From Deltaproteobacteria bacterium (GTDB lineage: Bacteria > Desulfobacterota > Binatia > UBA9968), in contig VGTH01000005.1 in assembly GCA_016874755.1 (NCBI GenBank), forward strand, positions 51,547 to 115,546: a DNA stretch of 64,000 nucleotides, given 5' to 3'. The notes under the pieces were generated by a model. That model did no database searches, was not told where the DNA came from, and was given only the letters and a program-made list of their open reading frames with translations. This document shows positions 1 to 8,703 of this stretch, piece by piece (positions within the stretch are counted from its first letter, which is position 1; every line of letters starts with the position of its first letter). The translations under genes and the position numbers were made by a program.

Positions 1-120
1 GCCTTGAGGGCGAATAGAAGAACCAGCAACGCTGTCACGATGGCGAAAAACGTGTGATCGCCGATTAAATGCTGCAAGCCTTCGGGCAGCAGCGAGTACC
101 AGGAAAAGCCGTGTTCCATT
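1..120 (-). CDS. atpB: ATP synthase F0 subunit a, N-terminal part (partial at window edge)
   Basis: Reverse-complement translation from the ATG at 120 gives MEHGFSWYSLLPEGLQHLIGDHTFFAIVTALLVLLFAL, a hydrophobic AtpB-type N-terminus. It lies downstream of atpZ and atpI on the same strand. Confidence 0.65.
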
Positions 121-124
121 TGAG

Positions 125-502
125 TTAAATTCCCGCTTTGATCTTGAGTCGCACGGTTTCGAAAAGAATCGCTAGCAACAAAGTCGAAAATCCTAACGAA
201 AAAGAAATCGCATCGAAGCTAAATTTAAAGAAGACCGTCGTCAGCAGCCCGATAAACAGCACGATCTTCAAGACCAAGAGCCCGATGCCCAACTTCACTC
301 GGCCATTATTGGCCAACGGTGTCAGCACCCAGGCGACACCGAAGCTGAGGAGGCCAAAATTGATCGCCATAAACAAGCCGCCGGCAAGCAGAGCGGTCGG
401 TTCGACCACTTTTCTCGGCCCCAAAGCCGCGAGCAGGGCGACCAACAGCAGACCGTGCCACAGCTCAATTCGGAGAATCGTCTTCTTCGCGGCTGCTTCC
501 AT
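125..502 (-). CDS. atpI: ATP synthase protein I-like small membrane protein (start may be the internal Met)
   Basis: About 125 aa, four hydrophobic segments, positioned between atpZ and atpB as in atpZ-atpI-atpB operons. Confidence 0.5.
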   Translation of the reverse strand: MEAAAKKTILRIELWHGLLLVALLAALGPRKVVEPTALLAGGLFMAINFGLLSFGVAWVLTPLANNGRVKLGIGLLVLKIVLFIGLLTTVFFKFSFDAISFSLGFSTLLLAILFETVRLKIKAGI

Positions 503-752
503 CCCGTTGGCGCTCAAAAAACTTTACCCACTGCACTAGCCGAAAAAACGCTCCGACGAAAGCGACCACGGTTAGCGCGATTAACAACCAGGGCGAGGTT
601 CCGAAATATTGATCCAGGAAGTAGCCCACCGCCAGGCCTCCAACGATGGTGCCCGGTAACTCGAAGGCGACTCCTAGATATAAACCCGCTCTGCGTAGGA
701 AGGGAGCTTGGCTGTTGTGCCGGTTATTGGGGCGGCCCCCAATCTTCTCCAC
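465..752 (-). CDS. AtpZ/AtpR-family putative F0F1-ATPase accessory membrane protein
   Basis: 95 aa with AGLYLGVAFELPGTIVGGLAVGYFLDQYFGTSPWLL, the characteristic core of the ATPase_gene1 family. Sits immediately upstream of atpI. Confidence 0.6.
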   Translation of the reverse strand: MEKIGGRPNNRHNSQAPFLRRAGLYLGVAFELPGTIVGGLAVGYFLDQYFGTSPWLLIALTVVAFVGAFFRLVQWVKFFERQRDGSSREEDDSPN

Positions 753-786
753 GTTCGCTAGCTTCTAACATGAAGGGCGGCGGGGT

Positions 787-2079
787 TCAACCTCGGGATT
801 GCGCCTTGGCCCAAGCGGAAAACGCCGTGATGGTTCTATCGATGTCGGCTTTGCGGTGCGCTAGTGAAACGAACGCGGCCTCAAACTGCGCCGGTGGTAA
901 ATAGATGCCGCGGCGCAGCATGCTATGGAAATAGGTAGCGAATTTCTCGCGATGGGCTTGCCGGGCCTGGTCGACATCGGTGACCGAGTCAACACCAAAG
1001 AAAATCGTCATCATGGAACCGACCCGATTGATGGCAGCGCGCAGTTTGTGAGAGGCGATCACTTGCCGATAGCCAAGTTCGAGCTGTTGTGCCGTGCGTT
1101 CGAGTTGTTCATAAACGCCGCGCTGCGACAGCAGTCGCAGAGTCTCGAGTCCGGCAGCCACGGCTACCGGATTCCCCGATAGCGTACCAGCTTGGTAAAC
1201 TGGCCCTTGTGGCGCCAAAAGATCCATCACTTCGCGTTGCCCGCCAAAGGCGGCAAGCGGCAGACCGCCGCCGAGAATTTTTCCCAAACAAGTCAGATCT
1301 GGCCTTACATTGTAGAGCTTTTGCGCGCCGCCCAGTGCAACCCGGAATCCGGTGATAACTTCATCAAATATTAGGAGTGCTTGGTGTCGGCGCGTTATAC
1401 CGCGCAAGTGGCCGAGAAATTTGGATTGCGGCAGTATCACACCCATATTGCCGCAGATTGGCTCCACGATCACAGCCGCAATATCATGACCCTGCTTTTG
1501 AAAGAGTGCTTCAACGGAAGAAATATCATTGAAACGTGCGACTAAAGTCTCGCGCGCGAAGCTTTCAGGAACTCCGGGACTATCAGGCAGGCCTAAAGTT
1601 GCAACGCCCGAACCACTTTTCACTAACAGTCCGTCAGAGTGGCCGTGGTAGCAACCGTCAAACTTGACGATCTTAGAACGCTTCGTGAAAGCCCGCGCTA
1701 GGCGCAACGCGCTCATAGTCGCTTCGGTACCCGAGCTGACCAAGCGTACTTTCTGAATCGAGGGCACGACCTGAGTGATGCGCTCCGCGAGCTCAACCTC
1801 GAGTCGCGTCGGTGCGCCGAATGTCGTGCCATTGTTCGCCGCTCGATGAATCGCAGCAAGAACCTCGCGACGAGCATGGCCAAGAATCAACGGCCCCCAA
1901 GAGCCGACGTAGTCGATATACTTTCTTCCATCGGCATCGAAGAGGTAGGCGCCCTCGCCGCGGGCAATGAACTTCGGCGTGTCGCCCACCGCTTTCCATG
2001 CGCGCACCGGACTGTTCACGCCGCCCGGAATTTTTTTTGCCGCGCGCGCAAATAATTTTTTTGCCGCTGATGTTGTCAT
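787..2079 (-). CDS. hemL: glutamate-1-semialdehyde 2,1-aminomutase
   Basis: MTTSAAKKLFARAAKKIPGGVNSPVRAWKAV...GSWGPLILGHA and the class-III aminotransferase fold across the full length. The start is taken at the MTT Met rather than the longer ORF start at 2097. Confidence 0.93.
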   Translation of the reverse strand: MTTSAAKKLFARAAKKIPGGVNSPVRAWKAVGDTPKFIARGEGAYLFDADGRKYIDYVGSWGPLILGHARREVLAAIHRAANNGTTFGAPTRLEVELAERITQVVPSIQKVRLVSSGTEATMSALRLARAFTKRSKIVKFDGCYHGHSDGLLVKSGSGVATLGLPDSPGVPESFARETLVARFNDISSVEALFQKQGHDIAAVIVEPICGNMGVILPQSKFLGHLRGITRRHQALLIFDEVITGFRVALGGAQKLYNVRPDLTCLGKILGGGLPLAAFGGQREVMDLLAPQGPVYQAGTLSGNPVAVAAGLETLRLLSQRGVYEQLERTAQQLELGYRQVIASHKLRAAINRVGSMMTIFFGVDSVTDVDQARQAHREKFATYFHSMLRRGIYLPPAQFEAAFVSLAHRKADIDRTITAFSAWAKAQSRG

Positions 2080-2104
2080 GCGTCGGTCTCGTAACATCGC
2101 GCTC

Positions 2105-2270
2105 TGTGTGTGTCAAGGTTGTTGAAACTACCCAGATTTTTTTTCTAAATTTTTTTCTTGCAAACAATTTTGAAAAGGTTTATTAAACGGTCTCCGAATC
2201 GCTCTGGAAAAAATATTTTTGCTCCAATGCGCGAGTACAATGAAAAATTTCCGGCGGTTTTTTTTTCAGT
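2105..2270. promoter_or_regulatory. AT-rich tract in the hemL-dnaA intergenic region (candidate DNA-unwinding element and dnaA promoter)
   Basis: Runs of A/T (ttttttttctaaatttttttcttg, aaaaaatattttt, tttttttttc) in an otherwise 60% GC genome, directly upstream of the DnaA-box cluster. Confidence 0.5.
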
Positions 2271-2375
2271 TCCTTGCCAGCACGGCGTCTCTCGCTGAAA
2301 GCCACGCCCCTAGGCCGTGCCTCTGGCATGTGATGACTCGCCCCAGGTTTCAGCAACAGGAAGTCCAATGAGTGG

Positions 2376-2407
2376 TTGTCCACAACTGTGGATAACGTTG
2401 TGGATAA
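2376..2407. promoter_or_regulatory. DnaA-box cluster upstream of dnaA (oriC or autoregulatory sites)
   Basis: ttgtccaca (2376-2384, 1 mismatch), tgtggataa (2387-2395) and tgtggataa (2399-2407). The latter two are perfect reverse complements of TTATCCACA. Confidence 0.8.
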
Positions 2408-2442
2408 CTTTTTACTTATTTTCACTCGATCGGTAAGAAGCT

Positions 2443-3783
2443 ATGGTTGAGTTGTGGCAACAAGCGCTGGCTAAGCTGAAAGAGAAACTTGGGAAGCAAA
2501 GCTTCGATACATGGATCAGACCTACCTCTTTCGTTTCACTCAATAAAACTGAATTACGAATTGCGGTTCCTAGCAAGCTCCATCGCGACTGGATCACCGA
2601 GCATTTCCTCGCACAGATCGAAGAAGTGATTGGCACTCTCTGCGGCCAAACTACTGCGGTCACTTTTGAAATTGATCCGGAGACCGTCGAGAAGCAAATC
2701 GCTAGTGAACGGACACTGCGCAAAGAGGATCGCGAAAAGCCACCTGTGCAAACGCCGCATCGAGTTAACAATCTTTCGGCCCGTTATACGTTCGATAGTT
2801 TCGTTGTCGGCGCAAGCAACCAGTTTGCCCATGCGGCTTCGCTTGCAGTAGCGAACAAGCCTGGGCTCCATTATAACCCGCTCTTTATCTATGGCGGCGT
2901 TGGCCTGGGCAAGACCCACCTCGTCAATGCCATTGGCAATCAAGCAGCCAATCACAATGGCCAACTGAAGGTTCTCTACCTGAGCTCAGAGTCGTTCATG
3001 AATGAGCTGATTGGCTCGCTCAGGCGCGACAAGATGGACGAATTCAAAACAAAGTTTCGTAATGTCGATGTTTTGATTCTCGACGACGTTCAGTTCATCG
3101 CCGGTAAGGAACGTACCCAAGAAGAGTTCTTTCACACCTTTAACTCTCTTTACGATGCCCATAAGCAAATCGTTTTGACGTCGGATAAATTTCCCAAGGA
3201 AATCCCCGGCCTGGAAGATCGGCTACGCAACCGCTTCGAGTGGGGTTTGATCGCTGACATTCAACCTCCTGACGTGGAGACCCGGATTGCGATCTTGCAA
3301 AAGAAAGCCGTCGAACTCAATGTCCAACTGCCACAGGAGATCGGCATTTTTCTCGCCAGCAACATCAGCTCAAATGTCCGCGAGCTCGAAGGCGGCCTCA
3401 CTCGGTTATCGGCTTTCTCATCGATGACGAAGGCCGCGCTCACCATTGACCTGGCCAAAGAGGTGCTGCGCAATATCTTGAGAGATGCACGGCCGGAAGT
3501 GACGGTCGAAGGGATTCAAAAGGCGATCTGCGATTATTACAACGTCAAAATCGGCGAATTGAAAGCTAAACGAAGAACGCAAAACATCGCGCTGCCACGG
3601 CAAGTTGCAATGTATCTCTGCCGCAAACACACCGATACCTCTTTTCCTGCCATCGGCGCCAAATTCGGCGGGCGCGACCACTCCACCGTGATCCACGCAT
3701 CCAAAACCATCGAGCAGCGCATCAAAGACGACCCGCAGATGCAGATCACCATCGAAAAGCTTGAGCGCACTCTAAAGAAATAG
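2443..3783 (+). CDS. dnaA: chromosomal replication initiator protein DnaA
   Basis: MVELWQQALAKLKEKLGKQSFDTWIRP N-terminus, Walker A GGVGLGKTHL, box VII and a C-terminal DnaA-box-binding domain. 446 aa. Confidence 0.97.
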   Translation: MVELWQQALAKLKEKLGKQSFDTWIRPTSFVSLNKTELRIAVPSKLHRDWITEHFLAQIEEVIGTLCGQTTAVTFEIDPETVEKQIASERTLRKEDREKPPVQTPHRVNNLSARYTFDSFVVGASNQFAHAASLAVANKPGLHYNPLFIYGGVGLGKTHLVNAIGNQAANHNGQLKVLYLSSESFMNELIGSLRRDKMDEFKTKFRNVDVLILDDVQFIAGKERTQEEFFHTFNSLYDAHKQIVLTSDKFPKEIPGLEDRLRNRFEWGLIADIQPPDVETRIAILQKKAVELNVQLPQEIGIFLASNISSNVRELEGGLTRLSAFSSMTKAALTIDLAKEVLRNILRDARPEVTVEGIQKAICDYYNVKIGELKAKRRTQNIALPRQVAMYLCRKHTDTSFPAIGAKFGGRDHSTVIHASKTIEQRIKDDPQMQITIEKLERTLKK

Positions 3784-3801
3784 ATTGTTAATAAGCTGTG
3801 A

Positions 3802-3836
3802 TTATCCACTGCATGACTGTGGATAGTTGTGGACAA
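3802..3836. promoter_or_regulatory. second DnaA-box cluster in the dnaA-dnaN spacer
   Basis: ttatccact (3802-3810), tgtggatag (3818-3826) and tgtggacaa (3828-3836), each one mismatch from the consensus. Followed by an AT-rich stretch at 3840-4000. Confidence 0.7.
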
Positions 3837-4010
3837 GAGTTTGGGTAATTTACATGGGCCGGTAAAACCGGTAATCAACCACTTAATTGATCACAAGCTA
3901 ACTCTTTTGAATGACTCAGTGTTTATTGGGTTCGTGCCTTATTAACAGCCCCTACTACAACTTCTTATTCAATTCTTATATAGAGAGGTAATAGGAGGGG
4001 AGTGAGCGAT

Positions 4011-5117
4011 ATGGAATTCAAGGCTAAGCGGGGCGATCTTCTTACCACACTTTATTGGACCCAGAGCATTGTCGAGCGACGCAACACAATGCCGATCTTA
4101 GCCAACGTGTTAATCGAGGCACATAAGGGTGAAGTGCGATTGACAGCCACTGATCTCGAAGTGGGTGTACGCGGCGGTGTTGAAGGCACGGTGAGCAAAG
4201 AAGGCACTGTCACGGTTAACGCTAAGAAACTCTACGAGATTATTCGCGAGGTACCCAACGACCAGGTGCAAATCAAGCGGTTGGAAAATGATTGGGTCGA
4301 AATTCGCAGCGGCAAATCGGTGTTCAAAATCGTCGGCATGGACGCGAAAGAGTTTCCGCAATTTCCTTCCTTCGATTCCAAAACGTTGGCAACAGTACCG
4401 GCGGCAACCCTGCGCGGCATGATCGAACGGACAATTTTTTCGGTTTCCACAGATGAAACGCGTTACAGTCTGAACGGCGTTTTCATTGAACAGGGGCAAG
4501 ACGGTAAGGCCAGAATGGTCGCCACCGACGGACATCGATTGGCTTACGAAGAGTGCGATATTGGCTCGTTGGGCATCACCAAAGGCCTCATACTACCGCG
4601 TAAGGGATTGGCGGAGCTGAAAAAGCTCATGGAAGACAGCGACGAAGGCGTTGTCTCCATCGGTTTTCAGGAGAATATGGCTCTGGTTGGCAAAGACCGC
4701 GTCGAGCTATTCATGCGGCTGATTGATGGCGACTTCCCCGACTACACCAAAGTCATTCCGCAGGGCAACCCCAACATCGCGAAAGTTGAGCACAGCGAGC
4801 TGCTGCAGGCGCTACGGCGGGTATCGATTCTTTCCAACGAGCGTTATAAGGGCATCAAGATGGAGTTTTCGGAGGACAAGGTTTCTTTGTCGGCGAGCAA
4901 CCCGGACTTGGGCGAAGCCGTGGAGGAAATAGAAGCCGATTATAAAGGGAAAGAGATCTCGATCGGCTTTAATGCGCGTTATTTACTCGATGTCTTGGCG
5001 GTTTTAGGCGGCGACGGCGATGTCGATATCGAGTTGAAAGACGAGCTTAGCCCTAGCGTGATCCGCAAAGCGATCCATCAAGGTTATCTTTACGTTTTGA
5101 TGCCGATGCGACTGTGA
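4011..5117 (+). CDS. dnaN: DNA polymerase III beta sliding clamp
   Basis: MEFKAKRGDLLTTLYWTQSIVERRNTMPILANVLIE and the three-domain beta-clamp architecture. ATG at 4011 follows the RBS aggagggg; the ORF track starts at GTG 4002. Confidence 0.95.
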   Translation: MEFKAKRGDLLTTLYWTQSIVERRNTMPILANVLIEAHKGEVRLTATDLEVGVRGGVEGTVSKEGTVTVNAKKLYEIIREVPNDQVQIKRLENDWVEIRSGKSVFKIVGMDAKEFPQFPSFDSKTLATVPAATLRGMIERTIFSVSTDETRYSLNGVFIEQGQDGKARMVATDGHRLAYEECDIGSLGITKGLILPRKGLAELKKLMEDSDEGVVSIGFQENMALVGKDRVELFMRLIDGDFPDYTKVIPQGNPNIAKVEHSELLQALRRVSILSNERYKGIKMEFSEDKVSLSASNPDLGEAVEEIEADYKGKEISIGFNARYLLDVLAVLGGDGDVDIELKDELSPSVIRKAIHQGYLYVLMPMRL

Positions 5118-5136
5118 TCCGCGCTTTGCGGTTCGG

Positions 5137-5168
5137 AATCTCAGATTTCAAATTTCAGATCTCAAAGA
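5137..5168. repeat. copy of the aatctcagatttcaaatttcagatctcaaa word repeat between dnaN and the ICL/PEPM gene
   Basis: Identical 28-nt core to 59880-59907. Confidence 0.6.
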
Positions 5169-5177
5169 AGACATCTG

Positions 5178-6041
5178 CTAGCTTTTATATTTCGCATCGA
5201 GAGCGTATTTTTCATTTAATCCGACGATCGCATTAAAATCGTCAAAGGCCATCAGGCGATCCAAGATCGCCAACGTCGAGCCGTCGCGCCGCAGGGTGGT
5301 GTAAACTTCGGTCAACGATTTCGCCACTGAATAGAGTGGCGCCAGCGGCCAGACGATTAGCTCAAAGCCCAAATCTTTCAGCTCATTGGGACCCATCAGC
5401 GGGGTTACGCCGCGTTCCAGCATGTTGGCCACCAGCGGGCCGGGCACCTGGCCTGCAATCTCGCGCATTTCTTCCTTCGATTCTGGCGCTTCGATGAAAA
5501 CTGCATCGGCACCAGCGCTTTTGAAAGCGATGCCACGATCGATCGTGTCTTTTAAGCCGAGCGCCTGGCGCGCGTCGGTGCGCGCAACGATGAAGAAATC
5601 GCTGTCGCCTTTGGCTTCGACGGCGGCTTTGAGCTTTTTCAACTGTTCGTCGATTGGAATAACCTGCTTGCCCTTCATGTGGCCGCAGCGTTTTGGCCAG
5701 ACCTGATCTTCAAGAAACATGCCGGCGGCACCGGCGCGGGTGAGATCTTGCACTGTGCGGATGACATTGATGGCGTTGCCGTAGCCGGTATCGGCGTCGA
5801 CAATGACCGGGGTTTCGACAACAGAACAAATCCGCTGTGCGGCTGCCACCACCTCGGTCTGGGTAAGGAGACCAAAGTCAGGTTCGCCGAGGAGCGTCGC
5901 CGATAGGCTGTAGCCGGTGATGAAGATGACTTCAAAACCGGCGCGGGCTGCGATCTTGGCGCTCAGGGCGTCATAGACGCCTGGCATGATGAGCTGGCCT
6001 TTAGTTTCTAAAGACTGGCGAATGAGGTTCCCTTTGCCCAT
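5178..6041 (-). CDS. isocitrate lyase/PEP mutase family protein (2-methylisocitrate lyase / carboxyvinyl-carboxyphosphonate phosphorylmutase-like)
   Basis: GVYDALSAKIAARAGFEVIFITGYSLSATLLGEPDFGLL...DADTGYG...KRCGH motifs of the ICL/PEPM superfamily. Confidence 0.8.
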   Translation of the reverse strand: MGKGNLIRQSLETKGQLIMPGVYDALSAKIAARAGFEVIFITGYSLSATLLGEPDFGLLTQTEVVAAAQRICSVVETPVIVDADTGYGNAINVIRTVQDLTRAGAAGMFLEDQVWPKRCGHMKGKQVIPIDEQLKKLKAAVEAKGDSDFFIVARTDARQALGLKDTIDRGIAFKSAGADAVFIEAPESKEEMREIAGQVPGPLVANMLERGVTPLMGPNELKDLGFELIVWPLAPLYSVAKSLTEVYTTLRRDGSTLAILDRLMAFDDFNAIVGLNEKYALDAKYKS

Positions 6042-6062
6042 AACCTCTCCAAGTTGGTTCGC

Positions 6063-6428
6063 CTAACGGCGCGGTCTGCCGCCGCGATTGGGCGAGCGGC
6101 TCGGCATGGGCTCAGGCTTTGGTGCAGAACGGAGCAGCTTTGCCGAACGCAAGCCCAAGACATCGGCGCCGTAGCGGGAAGAGTCTAGATGGTCATAGCG
6201 GGCTTTAATTTTTTGCCACACTTGATGTTTTTTGATCCGATCTTCTTTGGCTGCGCTGAGGTCCTCGAGATCGAGCACGACGTCGCCTTCATGGCCGCGC
6301 AGACTCATGTGCAAAGTAAATTGCGACCCCTCGCCCTCGCGCGCCGAATAGTCGATTTTCTTGTTGATGCTCCGAATAATGTCGCGCAACAAAAGTTCTT
6401 CTTCCTGATGGACGCCTTTTCCGAACAT
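6063..6428 (-). CDS. hypothetical protein, 121 aa, Arg/Pro-rich C-terminal tail
   Basis: ORF tightly packed between the PhtD-like gene and the ICL/PEPM gene on the same strand. No recognisable motif. Confidence 0.45.
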   Translation of the reverse strand: MFGKGVHQEEELLLRDIIRSINKKIDYSAREGEGSQFTLHMSLRGHEGDVVLDLEDLSAAKEDRIKKHQVWQKIKARYDHLDSSRYGADVLGLRSAKLLRSAPKPEPMPSRSPNRGGRPRR

Positions 6429-6511
6429 AGTCTCTTCCTCCTTGCGGCACGAGCACTAGGAATTGTCGATTAGAAATGTGGCAATCTACGCTAATAGGAG
6501 CGCAAGTTCAA

Positions 6512-7477
6512 TTACGAATGCGCTTCGGTCTGCACGAAAAGCTCTGCTAAGGCCATTTTTCGACCGATCAGACCCTGTTCCTGGGAGTATTGCATCAAAG
6601 TATCCAGCGCGCGCCGATTGACGTCGCCCAGGCCATAAACCCATGGATCCGGGCCGAGGATTTCCTCCTGCTCTTCAAGAAACGAGCGGAACCAGGCGAG
6701 CGGCACGATGCGCGGGTTTTCCATGCGCCTGTAGGCGGCTTTTTTTGACGCTTCGAAGGCTTGCATTAAGTTTACCGGTACCCAGGGATATTTGTCGACG
6801 ACTTCCTGACGGATCGCGGTGGTGTGCATGATCGGGAAAAAGCCGGTGCGCTTGTAATAGTCCATCTCCAGTTCACGATAATTGGGAAAAAGTCGGGTCA
6901 CCCGTTCGTCTTTGTCGAGAATGGGCTGGATCAATTCGGGATGAACCAGCGCGTCGATTTCGCCCTCGACGAGCATTTTTTCAATGCTCTTTCCCTTCGG
7001 GATACGCTGGATTTTTAAGTCCGCCGGCGGTGTCCAGTCGACCTCTTCGTCATCCTGTTTGTACCAGTCCAAGCTGCGGTGCGGCACGCCGTGCTCGTGT
7101 TCGAGGATGCCGCGAATCCACAGGTTGGCAGTGGCTTGAAAGTTTCGCAGGCCGACTTTTTTGCCGATGAGGTCCGTCGGTTTGGTGATGCCTTTGTTGG
7201 CGTTTAAGAATATGAAACCGTGGCGGAATCGGCGGTGGAGAAAAACCGGTATCGCCGTGTAGGGCTGGCCAGTGTATTTTGCCATCAAATAATTCGACAT
7301 CGATAGCTCGGCGACGTCAAACTCGTTGTTGCGCAGCATGCGCCAGTGGCGCACGTCGGAATTCATGTCCGTCAGGACCGTCAGCTCGATGCCGTCCGGT
7401 TGGACCGTACCTTCCTTCAAAGCACGGATGCTCTCATAGTCGCCGGTGGCCAGGGTGAGGTGGATTTTTTTGCTCAT
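6512..7477 (-). CDS. 4,5-dihydroxyphthalate decarboxylase (PhtD)-like protein, NMT1 fold, cytoplasmic
   Basis: 321 aa without a signal peptide. Paralog of the gene at 60473..61465, sharing FPIMHT, ILGPDPW.YGL and EQGLI blocks. Family assignment is from memory of PhtD-like proteins. Confidence 0.65.
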   Translation of the reverse strand: MSKKIHLTLATGDYESIRALKEGTVQPDGIELTVLTDMNSDVRHWRMLRNNEFDVAELSMSNYLMAKYTGQPYTAIPVFLHRRFRHGFIFLNANKGITKPTDLIGKKVGLRNFQATANLWIRGILEHEHGVPHRSLDWYKQDDEEVDWTPPADLKIQRIPKGKSIEKMLVEGEIDALVHPELIQPILDKDERVTRLFPNYRELEMDYYKRTGFFPIMHTTAIRQEVVDKYPWVPVNLMQAFEASKKAAYRRMENPRIVPLAWFRSFLEEQEEILGPDPWVYGLGDVNRRALDTLMQYSQEQGLIGRKMALAELFVQTEAHS

Positions 7478-7589
7478 GGGGCCTAATTAGCACGCCCGTC
7501 GAATGTTGCCAACCAGTTGATTTCACAGTTTGAATTGCTACCTTGCGACTTCGCGACTTCGTGCGTAGCGCACAACTGAAGGAGTCGGG

Positions 7590-7815
7590 ATGAACAAATC
7601 GTCGCTCAAGATCGCATTGCTGATAGCCCTCCTGCTAGGGGCTGGCCGAGCAAGCAGGGCTATTTAAGAAGCACGGCTTGGATGTAGAGCTGCTGCACAT
7701 CGCGTCGAGCTCGCGGGGTATCCAAGCGATCCTCGCTGGCGAGATCGCCTTTTCCTACATGGATGGCGCAAATCTTGCGGTTTGTCGCAGAGCTAGAGAA
7801 GCAGGGGTTTTTTAA
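7590..7815 (+). pseudogene. decayed NMT1/SsuA-like substrate-binding protein gene (signal peptide fragment plus frameshifted internal fragment)
   Basis: ATG 7590 gives MNKSSLKIALLIALLLGAGRASRAI then a stop. A +1-shifted frame from 7666 gives KKHGLDVELLHIASSSRGIQAILAGEIAFSYMDG..., which matches the LKKHNIDLEVILITGGPVAMQALLA block of the intact paralog at 53218..54165. Confidence 0.5.
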
Positions 7816-7906
7816 GGGCGCGAAATAAGAAAGGGCGACCAACCGGTCGCCCCTGCGAATCCCATATCGGCGTAGATGGGTTAGCGAAGCGTAACCCAAC
7901 GTTCTA

Positions 7907-8617
7907 CTAGCGAAGTTTTTTCGCGCGCCGTACGAAATAATCCCACATCGATCCTAGACGATGCGGTGTGTAGATCTGCTCGTACTTGAGCACCGCTTCT
8001 TCGTCGCTGCTCCAGGACGGCTCGCCGGAGGCGGTGGCGATAAGTTGGATGCGCGCCGCCTTCTCCAAGAAAATCGCGTAGAGCGTCGCGACCTCGATGG
8101 TCGGGCCCACGACGGTTGAGCCGTGGTTCTTCATCAGCACACCGCGACAGCTGCCGAGGCTTTTTGCCACTTCCACACCTAACTCCTTGGTGCGAATGAG
8201 TTGGGTTGTGAGATCGAACAACGGCAGGCCGTCGTGAAAGATGCTGCCCTCGTGACTGACGGGGCGCAACCGCTGGCGAAGCGAGCCGAACGCCGTCGCG
8301 TAGGGCGGATGCGAATGCACCACGCAGTTGACATCCGGCCGCGCCAGCATGATCTCGGTGTGAATGAAAACTTCCGAGTGGCGCTCGTATTTGCCTTCGA
8401 GTTTTTTGCCGTCTTCCATGTCGACGACGATGATATGCTGCGGGCGGATTTCTTCGAAGCCGAAGCTATGCGGCTTCATGAGAATCTTTTTCTCACCGGG
8501 TATGCGAACCGAGACGTGGCCGAGAATGTTGTCCCAGTGACCCTCGTTGGCGAGGATGTTGCACGAGTAAGCGAGTTTTTCTTTGAGTTCTTTGATTGTA
8601 TTGGCTTTGTTGGCCAT
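7907..8617 (-). CDS. class II aldolase/adducin family protein
   Basis: NCVVHSHPPYATAF and MKNHGSTVVGPTIEVA are typical of L-fuculose-phosphate aldolase-like class II aldolases. Confidence 0.85.
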   Translation of the reverse strand: MANKANTIKELKEKLAYSCNILANEGHWDNILGHVSVRIPGEKKILMKPHSFGFEEIRPQHIIVVDMEDGKKLEGKYERHSEVFIHTEIMLARPDVNCVVHSHPPYATAFGSLRQRLRPVSHEGSIFHDGLPLFDLTTQLIRTKELGVEVAKSLGSCRGVLMKNHGSTVVGPTIEVATLYAIFLEKAARIQLIATASGEPSWSSDEEAVLKYEQIYTPHRLGSMWDYFVRRAKKLR

Positions 8618-8633
8618 GGTTTCTCCCTAGTGC

Positions 8634-8703
8634 GAGTCGAGGATAGAAGATCGAGGATTGAGGATCGAATGCTATCCTCCATCTTCTATCCTCTATCCTG
8701 AGC
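8634..8703. repeat. large imperfect hairpin with reiterated GAGGAT words between the CoA-ligase and aldolase genes
   Basis: gaggatagaagatcgaggat ...15 nt... atcctccatcttctatcctc is a 19/20 inverted repeat; gaggat occurs four times. Confidence 0.6.

Noticed and set aside
8201-8701. 166-aa plus-strand ORF inside the aldolase gene
   Set aside because: Antisense to a well-supported class II aldolase gene. Low-complexity translation.
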